64,000 nucleotides of DNA, taken from Candidatus Eiseniibacteriota bacterium. Lineage in GTDB: Bacteria > Orphanbacterota > Orphanbacteria > Orphanbacterales > Orphanbacteraceae. Every line of letters begins with the position of its first letter. Position 1 is the stretch's first letter. The notes below the pieces were generated by a model. The model ran no database searches. It saw nothing but the letters and a program-made list of their open reading frames with translations, and was not told the DNA's origin. The position numbers and the translations under genes are program-made. Where the stretch lies: positions 1-64,000 of the forward strand of contig JBDROZ010000053.1 of NCBI GenBank assembly GCA_043809585.1. Direction: 5' to 3'. Below, piece by piece: positions 1 to 9,193 of the stretch.

Positions 1-121
1 GACTTGAACGCTCGTCGCACGGCGGGAGATAGCCCTCCCATTCTCCGGGCTCGTAGAGGAGGCGTTGCGTAAGACGGCAACAACTCCCCGGTTATGCCCC
101 CATCCCTCCCGAAGCCGGACC
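1..121. repeat. Repeat family R2 copy 1 (truncated by window start)
   Basis: Near-identical to 198-318 (period 197 bp) and similar to 44622-44763. Confidence 0.9.
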
Positions 122-171
122 GCCGCCCCGCCGTCCTTACCGCGCGTAGAACTTCGGGGCGGGGGGGGGGA

Positions 172-315
172 CCGGCTGAGGGAGGGATAGAGGGGCAGAC
201 TTGAACGCTCGTCGCACGGCGGGAGATAGCCCTCCCATTCTCCGGGCTCGTAGAGGAGGCGTTGCGTAAGACGGCAACAACTCCCCGGTCATGCCCCCAT
301 CCCTCCGGAAGCCGG
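172..315. repeat. Repeat family R2 copy 2, ~143 bp with terminal inverted repeat
   Basis: ccggctgagggagggatagaggggca ... tgcccccatccctccggaagccgg; internal hairpin gggag-atagcc-ctccc. Confidence 0.9.
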
Positions 316-343
316 ACCCGCCCCCCTCCGGACGGTTACTGCT

Positions 344-2839
344 CTACCTCGCGAGAACCATCCGGCGGCTCGTCGCCCGGCCCTTCGTCTCCAGCCTCGC
401 GGTGTAGACCCCGCTCGCGACATCATTGCCCCGCTCGCTCCGCCCGTCCCAGACCGTTTCATGCTCTCCCGCTCCCCGGAACCCCGACTCCAGGAGCCGC
501 ACCCGCCGCCCCGCGGCATTGTAGACGGCGAGCGTCATGTCGTCCGCTTCGTCCAAACGGTAGCGGATCGTCGTGGACGGGTTGAAGGGGTTCGGGAAGT
601 TCAGGAGTCCCCGCGCCTCGGGGAGCGGCGCCGGGCCTTCGGCGGCGGAGGTCGCCGCGTCGTAGGCGTAATCCCAGATCCCCCGGCCGTAAGTGCCGAA
701 TCGCATGACGCCCGCCGCGGGCACCGCCTCCACGGACCAGTACGTGGTCATCGGGGCCTCCGTGCCCCCGATGTACGACCAGCGCCGGGACGCGGGGTCC
801 CTGCGGTACGGGCCCGCCTCGGTGGCGGCGTAGAGGGCGTCCGTTCCCGTCTCTTCGAAGGCGAGGTCGTAGACGAGGGTGAAGGGAAGGCCGTCCGAGT
901 CGGGGACCCAAGTCACGCCCCCGTCCGCCGTGGAATAGACGGCCGGCCCGCTGTAGCCGCTTCCGCCGAGAGAAGCCGCGCCCCCTTCGATCGGCGAGAA
1001 GGCGACGGCCGTGCCGTAGAGGAATGTCTGGGAGGGCCCCGGGTCGGGGGAGGGGGACCAGTTCGCCCCGTGGTCAGTCGAATACCAGACCTCGCCTGCA
1101 TTCGTCGCCGCGATCCACCGGTCGGGATCGACGGGCGAGATGGAGAAGCAGGAGAGGAACGCGCTGCCGTTCACGGTGAAGTCCTGATTCGACGCGGTCA
1201 CCACGGGACCGTGAAGAAGGAAGCGGTACGTGTAGAGCCGGGAAGCGCAGAAGTACATCTTGTTCGATTCCAGCGGATCGGCGAGCACGTAGGGCATCCA
1301 CGCGTTGTACAACTCCCCGGCGGGGAAGTCGTGGGACGAAAGGACCGGGTTCGCCTCCCCCTGATGGCGGAGAACGAAGCCGGGATAGACGCTGTACACG
1401 TTCTCGTGGGTGCCGTCCCCCGACGTCAGGTGTCCGTAGTCGCCGCTCCAGAGCTGGTCGAAGTCCCGCCACGAGCCGATCGCCGTCCCCGTGCTCCTCT
1501 GGTAGCCCTGGTCCTGGGCCCCCGCGAGAATCAGGTCGGGGTCGTTCCCGCTCGTAAGCGTCGTGTAGTACTGGCTCACGCCGAGGTACTCGAGGGAGAT
1601 GTTCGTGATCGAGGCGAGGCCGTCTCCGCTCCGGTAGAGGCCGCCATCGGTGGCCACGTAGAAGACCTCCCCTTCGCCCGGAACCCAGACGCACGCGCCG
1701 CCGGGGAAGTCGGCGTGGAACTTGTGGACCGGGTCGTCGTAGTAGGCCCACCAGTCATTGTACTTCGTGAAGCTCCCGCCCCCGTCGACGGAGAGCCAGA
1801 GTTCGACGCCGGCGAAGAAGACCTTTTCCCAGTCCGTGATCGACGCGCAGAGGGTCTCCCAGAAGTCGTGGATTTCGTGCCGGTAGGCCCAGGTGAGGCC
1901 GCCGTCCGTGGAACGGTAGAGTCCCCAGCCCGCCGCCCCCGCCGCCGCGCAGTAGAGGGTCGGCGCCCCCGCCTCGGAGCCGGTGAGCACCACGCCGGTC
2001 GGATTCGCGACGGGAAGGACGCCGAGGGTGTCCCACGTGGCCCCCCCGTCGCCCGAGCGAAGGGTTCGCTCCCCTTTCTGTAGATAGAGGTCGCCGCCGG
2101 AGACGCGGTCCAGCCAGATGTCGCCGGGGTCCGCCGCGAGCCGGGCGATGCGCGTATAGGTGCGGCCCCCGTCGTCGGAGCGCCAGACCTTGCCCGACGT
2201 GACCGAGACCCGGGTGACCAGGTAGATCCGGTCCGATGTCCCGTAGTCGCGGAGCACCCGCTTGCATTCGGAGAGGTCCGGCTCGGGACCCGACGGGACG
2301 ATCCAGGTCGCGCCTCCGTCTTCCGTGTAGTGGATGAGCCCCCCGTCGGTGACCGCCGTCACCACTTCGGGCGGCCCGTCCGCCGCGGCCAGACCGTGGG
2401 CGCCGCCGTACAGGTTGTCCGAGAGGGGCCGCCACCCCTCGCCGTGGAGGGAACCCTTCCAGACGCCGCCGAGGGAGGAGCCGCCGTAGAGGCTGTCGCC
2501 CGAAACGGAGAGGGCGGCGGCGTGCATCCGCCCCGCCAGGTTTCTGCTGCCGAGCTCGGTCCATTCGGGGAGGCGCTTCGGGACCGAACGGTTCCGGAGG
2601 TCCTGAAGTTCCCGCCCGTTCGCCCGCTCGATCGCCCGCCAGTCCGTGCCCGGCGCGGCGCGGTGCATCTCCTCGAACCACCGTTTCCGGGCGATCTTGT
2701 TCTCCTCCTCGGCCCCTTCCGAGAGGCGGTGCTCCGTCGGCGCGGGGGGTACGGGCGCCGGGGGGGAGGGGCGCATCCCGGGCCGAAGAAGGGCGATCCC
2801 GAGGAGGACGAAGAGGAAAGCGGCGGCGGCCCGTTTCAC
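344..2839 (-). CDS. Secreted BNR/Asp-box beta-propeller protein (glycosyl hydrolase-like) with C-terminal FlgD-Ig/T9SS-like domain
   Basis: Repeated S/T-x-D-G-G-x-T-W Asp-boxes, N-terminal hydrophobic signal (GTG start at 2839 chosen), C-terminal NFPNPFNPSTTI...WDG...SGVY. Confidence 0.8.
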   Translation of the reverse strand: MKRAAAAFLFVLLGIALLRPGMRPSPPAPVPPAPTEHRLSEGAEEENKIARKRWFEEMHRAAPGTDWRAIERANGRELQDLRNRSVPKRLPEWTELGSRNLAGRMHAAALSVSGDSLYGGSSLGGVWKGSLHGEGWRPLSDNLYGGAHGLAAADGPPEVVTAVTDGGLIHYTEDGGATWIVPSGPEPDLSECKRVLRDYGTSDRIYLVTRVSVTSGKVWRSDDGGRTYTRIARLAADPGDIWLDRVSGGDLYLQKGERTLRSGDGGATWDTLGVLPVANPTGVVLTGSEAGAPTLYCAAAGAAGWGLYRSTDGGLTWAYRHEIHDFWETLCASITDWEKVFFAGVELWLSVDGGGSFTKYNDWWAYYDDPVHKFHADFPGGACVWVPGEGEVFYVATDGGLYRSGDGLASITNISLEYLGVSQYYTTLTSGNDPDLILAGAQDQGYQRSTGTAIGSWRDFDQLWSGDYGHLTSGDGTHENVYSVYPGFVLRHQGEANPVLSSHDFPAGELYNAWMPYVLADPLESNKMYFCASRLYTYRFLLHGPVVTASNQDFTVNGSAFLSCFSISPVDPDRWIAATNAGEVWYSTDHGANWSPSPDPGPSQTFLYGTAVAFSPIEGGAASLGGSGYSGPAVYSTADGGVTWVPDSDGLPFTLVYDLAFEETGTDALYAATEAGPYRRDPASRRWSYIGGTEAPMTTYWSVEAVPAAGVMRFGTYGRGIWDYAYDAATSAAEGPAPLPEARGLLNFPNPFNPSTTIRYRLDEADDMTLAVYNAAGRRVRLLESGFRGAGEHETVWDGRSERGNDVASGVYTARLETKGRATSRRMVLAR

Positions 2840-3146
2840 GATAGACCCTCCTTCCGGGGGAGATGAGAGCGGGCGAAGGATCGCATTTTCCGGCGATCCT
2901 ATTGCGGCGATTCCGGTTCCGCTATACATCATACCATGAAGAAGCGCGCGTTTCCCGGCTTTCCAGGGGCACCCGCCCTGCGCCGGGAGGGGTCCGGCGG
3001 GGGCGACGGTTGACTCGAAGCGGTGGACCTGAGAACATCAAGCGTTCGTTTCGACATCGACTCGCCCCTGTCTCTCGACGGGCGTTTCGCGTTTCGATCC
3101 GGGGCCTTCCGAACCGGGAGGGGGCGTCATTCCTCCGATCCACAAG

Positions 3147-5012
3147 GTGAAATCGACCATGGACGGTAGCGTCAGCCAGAAGCCGAAGCCCCATCTCCTC
3201 GAGGAGATCGACCACGTGGTCATCCGTTTCGCGGGCGACTCGGGCGACGGGATGCAGCTTACGGGAAACCAGTTCACCAACACCTCGGCGGTGATCGGCA
3301 ACGACATCAGCACTCTGCCCGATTTTCCGGCCGAGATCCGCGCCCCCGCGGGGTCCTTGCCCGGCGTGAGCGCCTTCCAGCTCAATTTCAGCAGTCTGGA
3401 CGTGGAGACGCCGGGCGACCAGCCGGACGTTCTGGTGGCGATGAACCCCGCCGCGCTCAAGGTGAACCTCCCCGATCTGGAGAAAAACGCCCGGATCATC
3501 GTCAACACCGACGCGTTCACCCCCCAGAACTTCAAGAAGGCGCACTACGATTCGAACCCTCTCGAGGACGGGAGTGTCGCCGAGTTTCAGGTGTTCAAGA
3601 TTCCGATCTCGACCCTGAACGCCTTGGCCCTGAAGGACAGCCCCCTGGCGAAGAAGCAGCAGGACCGGTGCAAGAACTTCTGGGCCCTCGGCCTCCTCTA
3701 CTGGCTGTACGAGCGCCCCCTCGAGCCGACCATGGACTGGATCAAGGAGAAGTTCGTTCACAAGCCGGAGGTGGCGGAGGCGAACGCCACGGCCCTGAAA
3801 GCCGGGTACTCTTACGGCGACGCGGGCGAGATCTTCACCACCCATTACAAGATCCGGAAGGCGTCGATCCGGCCGGGGACATACCGGAAGGTTTCCGGGA
3901 ACGAGGCGATCGTGCTCGGATGCGTCGCCGCGTCGATGATCGCGAAGACGCCGCTCACCTGCGCGAGCTACCCGATCACTCCGGCGAGCGACGTCCTCCA
4001 CGAGCTCGCGAAGTACAAGCACGTCGGTGTCCGAACCGTGCAGAGCGAGGACGAGATCGCCGCCGTGGGGACGGCGATCGGCGCTTCCTTCGCGGGTAAC
4101 CTGGCGGTGACGAGCACGAGCGGCCCCGGTCTCGCGTTGAAGGGAGAGGCCCTCGGCCTCGCGGTGATGACCGAGCTGCCCCTGGTGGTGCTCAACATCC
4201 AAAGGGCCGGGCCGAGCACCGGGCTCCCGACCAAGACCGAACAGTCGGATCTGCTCCAGGCGTTTTATGGACGGAGCGGCGAGGCGCCCTTGGTCGTCGT
4301 GGCGCCGTCGACGTCGTCCGACTGCTTCGCCATGACGATCGAAGCGTTCCGGATCGCCGTGAAGTACATGGTTCCGGTCATCCTCCTCTCCGACGGCTAT
4401 CTCGGGAACGGGGCCGAGCCTTGGATGCTCCCGGATCTCGCGGAGCTGCCGAAGATCGAAGTCCGTCATCCGACGGATCCGGACGGTTTCCTGCCGTATC
4501 TCCGGGACCCGAAGACGCTCTCCCGGCCGTGGCCGATTCCCGGCGTGCCCGGCCTCGAGCACCGGATCGGCGGCCTCGAGAAGAGCGACAAGACGGGGAA
4601 TGTCAGCTACGACGCGGTGAACCACGGGCTGATGACCGAATACCGGCAGCGGAAGGTGGACGGGATCGCCGAGGACATCCCTCCTCTCGAGGTGAAGGGG
4701 GACGAGTCGGGGAAACTCCTCGTGCTCTCGTGGGGGAGCACGTTCGGCGCCGTATCCCAGGCGGTGAAGCGGGAACGGGCCGAGGGGAAGAGCGTATCCC
4801 ACGCTCATCTCCGGTATCTCAACCCCTTTCAAAGGAACCTCGGCGACGTGCTTTCCCGGTTCGAGCGCGTGCTCATTCCGGAGAACAACACGGGACAGCT
4901 GAAACTGCTCGTTCGCGGCAGGTACCTCGTGGACGCGGTCGGCCTGAACAAAGTGTCCGGCCAGCCCTTCAAGATCCGCGAGGTGGTCGCCAAGATCGAA
5001 GAGCTCTTGTAA
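3147..5012 (+). CDS. korA: 2-oxoacid:ferredoxin oxidoreductase subunit alpha (fused gamma-alpha)
   Basis: RFAGDSGDGMQL, YPITP, TSGPG, QRAGPSTGLPTKTEQSD motifs. Confidence 0.93.
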   Translation: MKSTMDGSVSQKPKPHLLEEIDHVVIRFAGDSGDGMQLTGNQFTNTSAVIGNDISTLPDFPAEIRAPAGSLPGVSAFQLNFSSLDVETPGDQPDVLVAMNPAALKVNLPDLEKNARIIVNTDAFTPQNFKKAHYDSNPLEDGSVAEFQVFKIPISTLNALALKDSPLAKKQQDRCKNFWALGLLYWLYERPLEPTMDWIKEKFVHKPEVAEANATALKAGYSYGDAGEIFTTHYKIRKASIRPGTYRKVSGNEAIVLGCVAASMIAKTPLTCASYPITPASDVLHELAKYKHVGVRTVQSEDEIAAVGTAIGASFAGNLAVTSTSGPGLALKGEALGLAVMTELPLVVLNIQRAGPSTGLPTKTEQSDLLQAFYGRSGEAPLVVVAPSTSSDCFAMTIEAFRIAVKYMVPVILLSDGYLGNGAEPWMLPDLAELPKIEVRHPTDPDGFLPYLRDPKTLSRPWPIPGVPGLEHRIGGLEKSDKTGNVSYDAVNHGLMTEYRQRKVDGIAEDIPPLEVKGDESGKLLVLSWGSTFGAVSQAVKRERAEGKSVSHAHLRYLNPFQRNLGDVLSRFERVLIPENNTGQLKLLVRGRYLVDAVGLNKVSGQPFKIREVVAKIEELL

Positions 5013-5016
5013 GGAG

Positions 5017-6042
5017 ATGGTCATGAGCGACGCGAATGCGGCGACCCTGACGCGCAAGGACTTCCTTTCGGACCAGGAAGTGCGCTGGTGTCCCGGCTGC
5101 GGCGACTACTCGATCCTGGCTCAGGTGCAGAAAGTCATGCCCACCCTCAGCATCCCGCGGGAGAATTTCGTGTTCGTCTCCGGGATCGGGTGCTCGAGCC
5201 GGTTTCCCTATTACATGAACACCTACGGGTTCCACACGATTCACGGGCGCGCGCCGACGGTGGCGACGGGGATCAAGGTGGCGAACCCGGAGCTGTCGGT
5301 CTGGATCGCCACGGGGGACGGGGACGGTCTTTCCATCGGAGGCAACCACCTGCTCCACACGATCCGGCGGAATCTGGACGTCAAGATCCTGCTCTTCAAC
5401 AACCGGATCTACGGCCTGACCAAGGGGCAGTACTCCCCCACGTCGGAGCAGGGGAAGAGAACACGGTCGAGCCCCATGGGGTCGATCGACTACCCCCTTC
5501 ATCCGTGCTGCATGGCGATCGGCGCCGAGGGGACCTTCGTGGCCCGCACGATCGACACGGACACGAAGCATCTCGCCTGGACCCTCGAGAGGGCGGCGAA
5601 GCACGAGGGGACGGCGTTCGTGGAGATCTACCAGAACTGCAACATCTTCAACGACGGCGCCTTCGACCATTTGAAGGCGAAGGACGTTCGTTCGGACCGG
5701 GTCATCGAGTTGATGGACGGCGAGCCGCTCGTCTTCGGTGAGAACCGGGACAAGGGAATCCGTCTTGACCGGTGCCACCTCGAGGTAGTCACCCTCGGGA
5801 ACGGCATCACCGAAGAGGACCTGGTCGTTCACGACGAGAAGAGCCCGTATCCGAATCTCGGGTTCATGCTCGCCCACATGGACTACCCCGAATTCCCCGT
5901 GGGCGTGGGCGTCTTCCGCGACGTGGGGCGTCCCACCTACGACAGACTCCTTCACGACCAGGTGAACGCGGCGGTGAAGGAGAAAGGGGACCAGACCCTC
6001 GAGGAGATCCTGAAGAGCGGCGAGTGCTGGACGATCGACTAG
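5017..6042 (+). CDS. korB: 2-oxoacid:ferredoxin oxidoreductase subunit beta
   Basis: WCPGCGD, SGIGCS, HTIHGRA, GDGD TPP-binding motif; follows alpha gene. Confidence 0.93.
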   Translation: MVMSDANAATLTRKDFLSDQEVRWCPGCGDYSILAQVQKVMPTLSIPRENFVFVSGIGCSSRFPYYMNTYGFHTIHGRAPTVATGIKVANPELSVWIATGDGDGLSIGGNHLLHTIRRNLDVKILLFNNRIYGLTKGQYSPTSEQGKRTRSSPMGSIDYPLHPCCMAIGAEGTFVARTIDTDTKHLAWTLERAAKHEGTAFVEIYQNCNIFNDGAFDHLKAKDVRSDRVIELMDGEPLVFGENRDKGIRLDRCHLEVVTLGNGITEEDLVVHDEKSPYPNLGFMLAHMDYPEFPVGVGVFRDVGRPTYDRLLHDQVNAAVKEKGDQTLEEILKSGECWTID

Positions 6043-6044
6043 AC

Positions 6045-6220
6045 GGCCCGGAATCACTTGCGGTTTCTGCTGCGGCGTCGGATCGTGGGCTGCGAGGCCT
6101 CCTTTCCTGCGCCGCTTCCTCGACGTAGCTTCGGCTACGCCTCCGGGAGCGGCTTGTCCAAGTCGGCCTCTCGCCTGACGCTCCGACCCCTCGCGACGAA
6201 ACCGCGCGTGATCCCGGGCC
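6045..6220. repeat. Palindromic element family R1 copy A
   Basis: Terminal IR ggcccggaatcacttgcggtttc / gaaaccgcgcgtgatcccgggcc; core tcctcgacgtagc-ttcg-gctacgcctccgg shared with other copies. Confidence 0.85.
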
Positions 6221-6356
6221 AGAAGGGGACCTGGGACCAGGCCCGTGGTGCATCAACTGCCCGTCCAGCCCGATACGGACCACGAGCACAGTTGCTCCAA
6301 GGCGCGAAGAAGGAGTCCGAGGAAGCGCCCCGCTTCGGAGTGAGCGCATTCCTCTC

Positions 6357-7022
6357 CTAGTTCCGGAACATCTTCTTGACCGAACCCCAACTCGCGGGGC
6401 TCGTGCTCGTCACGGCGTCGGGCGCTCCCACCTGGATCTCGAAGGCGAGTTCGGACGGCTCCGGCGCGGAATGCTCCCAGGAGAGGGAGACCTTCCCGGT
6501 CAGCCGGAACCCGCCCGTGAGGGAGGCGCCCCGGATCCGGAGGATATCGATGCCGGCGTGGTCCCCGGAGGCGCGGGCTTCGTCCTCCACGTCTTCGCCG
6601 TCGAGGACCAAATCTTTCACCTCGACCTCGCTCTCCTTCTTCGCCGCCCGGGCCCGGATGAAGATCTCCGTGAACGTGCCCGCGGGCCGGTAGGTCAGGG
6701 CCTTGTCGTCCACGAGGAAGGTGACCAACCCGGACCCGGCGTGATAGGTGAGTTCGAAAGCCTCCTTCTCTCCCTTCTTCCATGAGAACTGCCCCGTCAT
6801 GGCCGGCGAGGCCGCGCTCGGGCCGACGTCGAGTTCGTAGGTCGCCGATCCGCCCCGGTCGCCGATCCGGCCTTCGGCGGCGAGGACCGGGATCGGTAGG
6901 ATGGCGGAGAGTTCCGCGTCCGATCCGAGATGGCTGGTCGAAAGAGCGGCGGCCGCCAAGCCGGGAACGGCGAGGGCGAGACCCGAGGCGAGAAGAGATC
7001 CGATTCCGGTCGGTTTCATCAC
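6357..7022 (-). CDS. Secreted hypothetical protein with C-terminal SWGSVKKMF motif
   Basis: Signal peptide, beta-rich body, terminal STSPASWGSVKKMFRN. Confidence 0.7.
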   Translation of the reverse strand: MMKPTGIGSLLASGLALAVPGLAAAALSTSHLGSDAELSAILPIPVLAAEGRIGDRGGSATYELDVGPSAASPAMTGQFSWKKGEKEAFELTYHAGSGLVTFLVDDKALTYRPAGTFTEIFIRARAAKKESEVEVKDLVLDGEDVEDEARASGDHAGIDILRIRGASLTGGFRLTGKVSLSWEHSAPEPSELAFEIQVGAPDAVTSTSPASWGSVKKMFRN

Positions 7023-7265
7023 GCTCTGTCCTCCGTCGCGCCGCCCCGTGTGGAGGGGGCGCGCCCGTGCTCCCGTTCCAAAGATCGGCCCTCGAGGAGA
7101 AATCTTGATCCTCCTGTCCCCGCCGGGGCCGAGAATGCCCCTCCCGGCCGGGGCTCCTTTTCCCTGGCGCCGGGCGTGGGGAGTGTGATATGATTATCTT
7201 GTTCTCGGACTTCACTTTAGACGAGGCGGTCCGCTCCTCCCCGCCCGAGTTCTCGAGGGAAAAAC

Positions 7266-9023
7266 ATGAAGCCTCCCGTGCATAGCCGTTTTCGCATCGT
7301 TCTGTCCGCATTCCTCCTCCTCGCTCCCGCTCTCTCGATCGCGGAGTGGGACGTCGACGGCCTCGAGGAACTCCTTCCCCAGGCGCCGACGGCGGAGGAG
7401 CTCCGGATCATGGAGAGTCCCGAATACCTGTCGAAGACGGCCCGGGTCGATCCGCCCCCCGTGGGTCCGATCCGGAACTGCGGCGAGTGGGAGCCGTGCA
7501 CGGGGGTGCTCATTCGATACCCCCTCGGCCTGCCCTACGGCCTCCTCACCGACTTCGACGACGACGTCACGCTTCATGTCATCGTTTCCAGCAGCTACCT
7601 GAGCACGGCGAGGAGCAACTTCGTGGCGAACGGCGTGGACACGTCGAAAGTGGAGTGGCTCGTGGCCAGCAGCAACTCGATCTGGACCCGCGACTACGGC
7701 CCCTGGTTCGTCTTCGACGGCGACGGCGACGTCGGGATCGTCGACCACGAGTACAACCGCCCCCGCCCGCTCGACAACGCCATCAACGGCCTCTTCGGCG
7801 CCCAGCAGGGGATTCCCGTCTACGCCCACGGCATGCGCCACACGGGCGGCAATTACATGACCGACGGGTCCCTCTTCAGCATGTCCACCGACCTCGTTTA
7901 CGACGAGGCGTGGTCGTACCACGGCATGACGCCCGCCCAGGTGGACGCCCTCATGGAGGAGTACCTCGGGATCACCGCCTACAACGTGATCGACGACATC
8001 TCCACTTCGGGGATCCACCACATCGACACGTGGGCCAAGTTCCTGGACGAGGAAAACGTCCTGATCAAGCAGACCTGGACGGGCCACTACACCTACGCCA
8101 ATCTGGAACAGAGGGCGACCTTGATCGCGTCGCTCCTCTCCTCCACGGGGCGCCCCTACACGGTGCACCGGGTCTACTGCTATGCCATCGCGGGGGGGGA
8201 GCCGGCGTCGTACACGAATTCGTTGATCCTGAACGACAAGATCTATGTCCCGATCTTCGGGAACGCGACCTACGACAACCAGGCGATCGCCGCGTACCAG
8301 GCGGCGGCGCCCGGCTATGCGGTGGAAGGCTACTCCTACGGAGGCTTCATCACCGACGACGCCCTCCACTGCCGGGCGAAGGGCGTGATGGACCGGCAGA
8401 TGCTCCGGGTCGCGCACGTGCCGATCGGGGAGCCGATGCCGGGGCCGGTCACCTTGACCGCCTCGGTGGACGACCGGAGCGAGGCCGGCCTCGCCGGGGT
8501 CGACCTGCGCTATAGGTTCGAAGGGGGATCGTGGCAGACCGCGACGATGTCGAACACGATCGGGAACGACTACGAAGGCGTGATCCCGGCCCCGCCGGTC
8601 GACTCGACGACGGTCGACTACTACGTCCACGCCGAGGACAACGGCGGCCGGGCCGAGGGGAAGCCGCGGACCGAACCGGCCGCCTGGTACACCTTCCCGA
8701 TTCTCGGCGACGCGAGCACCGCCGTGGCGGAAGGGGCCCCGGAGGCCGTGGCCGTGCTCTACCCGAACCGGCCGAACCCGTTCAACCCGTCGACGACATT
8801 CCGCTTCGATCTTCGCGAGGAAGACCGGGTCGAACTTTTCGTCTTCGACGTCCGGGGACGGCAAGTCCGCCGTCTCGTCGACCGGTCCTTCCCCGGCGGG
8901 TCCCACGAGGTGACCTGGGACGGCCGGGACGACTCCGGCCGGGAGGTTCCCTCGGGCGTTTACTACTACCGGCTCCGGGCGGCGGGGATCGCCTACAGCC
9001 GTCCCGCGGTTCTCATCCGCTAA
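7266..9023 (+). CDS. Agmatine/peptidylarginine deiminase family protein with FlgD-Ig/T9SS-like C-terminal domain
   Basis: WTRDYGP, GGNYM, HHIDTW, DALHCR motifs; NRPNPFNPST tail; signal peptide. Confidence 0.88.
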   Translation: MKPPVHSRFRIVLSAFLLLAPALSIAEWDVDGLEELLPQAPTAEELRIMESPEYLSKTARVDPPPVGPIRNCGEWEPCTGVLIRYPLGLPYGLLTDFDDDVTLHVIVSSSYLSTARSNFVANGVDTSKVEWLVASSNSIWTRDYGPWFVFDGDGDVGIVDHEYNRPRPLDNAINGLFGAQQGIPVYAHGMRHTGGNYMTDGSLFSMSTDLVYDEAWSYHGMTPAQVDALMEEYLGITAYNVIDDISTSGIHHIDTWAKFLDEENVLIKQTWTGHYTYANLEQRATLIASLLSSTGRPYTVHRVYCYAIAGGEPASYTNSLILNDKIYVPIFGNATYDNQAIAAYQAAAPGYAVEGYSYGGFITDDALHCRAKGVMDRQMLRVAHVPIGEPMPGPVTLTASVDDRSEAGLAGVDLRYRFEGGSWQTATMSNTIGNDYEGVIPAPPVDSTTVDYYVHAEDNGGRAEGKPRTEPAAWYTFPILGDASTAVAEGAPEAVAVLYPNRPNPFNPSTTFRFDLREEDRVELFVFDVRGRQVRRLVDRSFPGGSHEVTWDGRDDSGREVPSGVYYYRLRAAGIAYSRPAVLIR

Positions 9024-9094
9024 GGGCCGAAGGGGCCCCCGGTTAGGGAGCGGGCACCGTCCGTGAAGTCATCGCGCCGGGCCCATGGAACCCA

Positions 9095-9123
9095 TTGACC
9101 CGGCGCAAGTTCCGCGCTATAAT
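9095..9123 (+). promoter_or_regulatory. sigma70-type promoter TTGACC-N17-TATAAT
   Basis: Near-consensus boxes with 17-nt spacer upstream of the aminopeptidase gene. Confidence 0.7.
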
Positions 9124-9193
9124 CTGTGACGTACTCCCCACACGCTCCCAGGCGGCAAAACCCATCTCCCGGAGACAGGGAAGGAGATTCTCG

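Noticed and set aside
191-210. tRNA T-arm-like GTTCAAGTC on the minus strand of R2
   Set aside because: No cloverleaf, anticodon arm or CCA end
1-340. Tandem repeat as a CRISPR array
   Set aside because: Unit is ~140 bp with only two copies and no cas genes in the window
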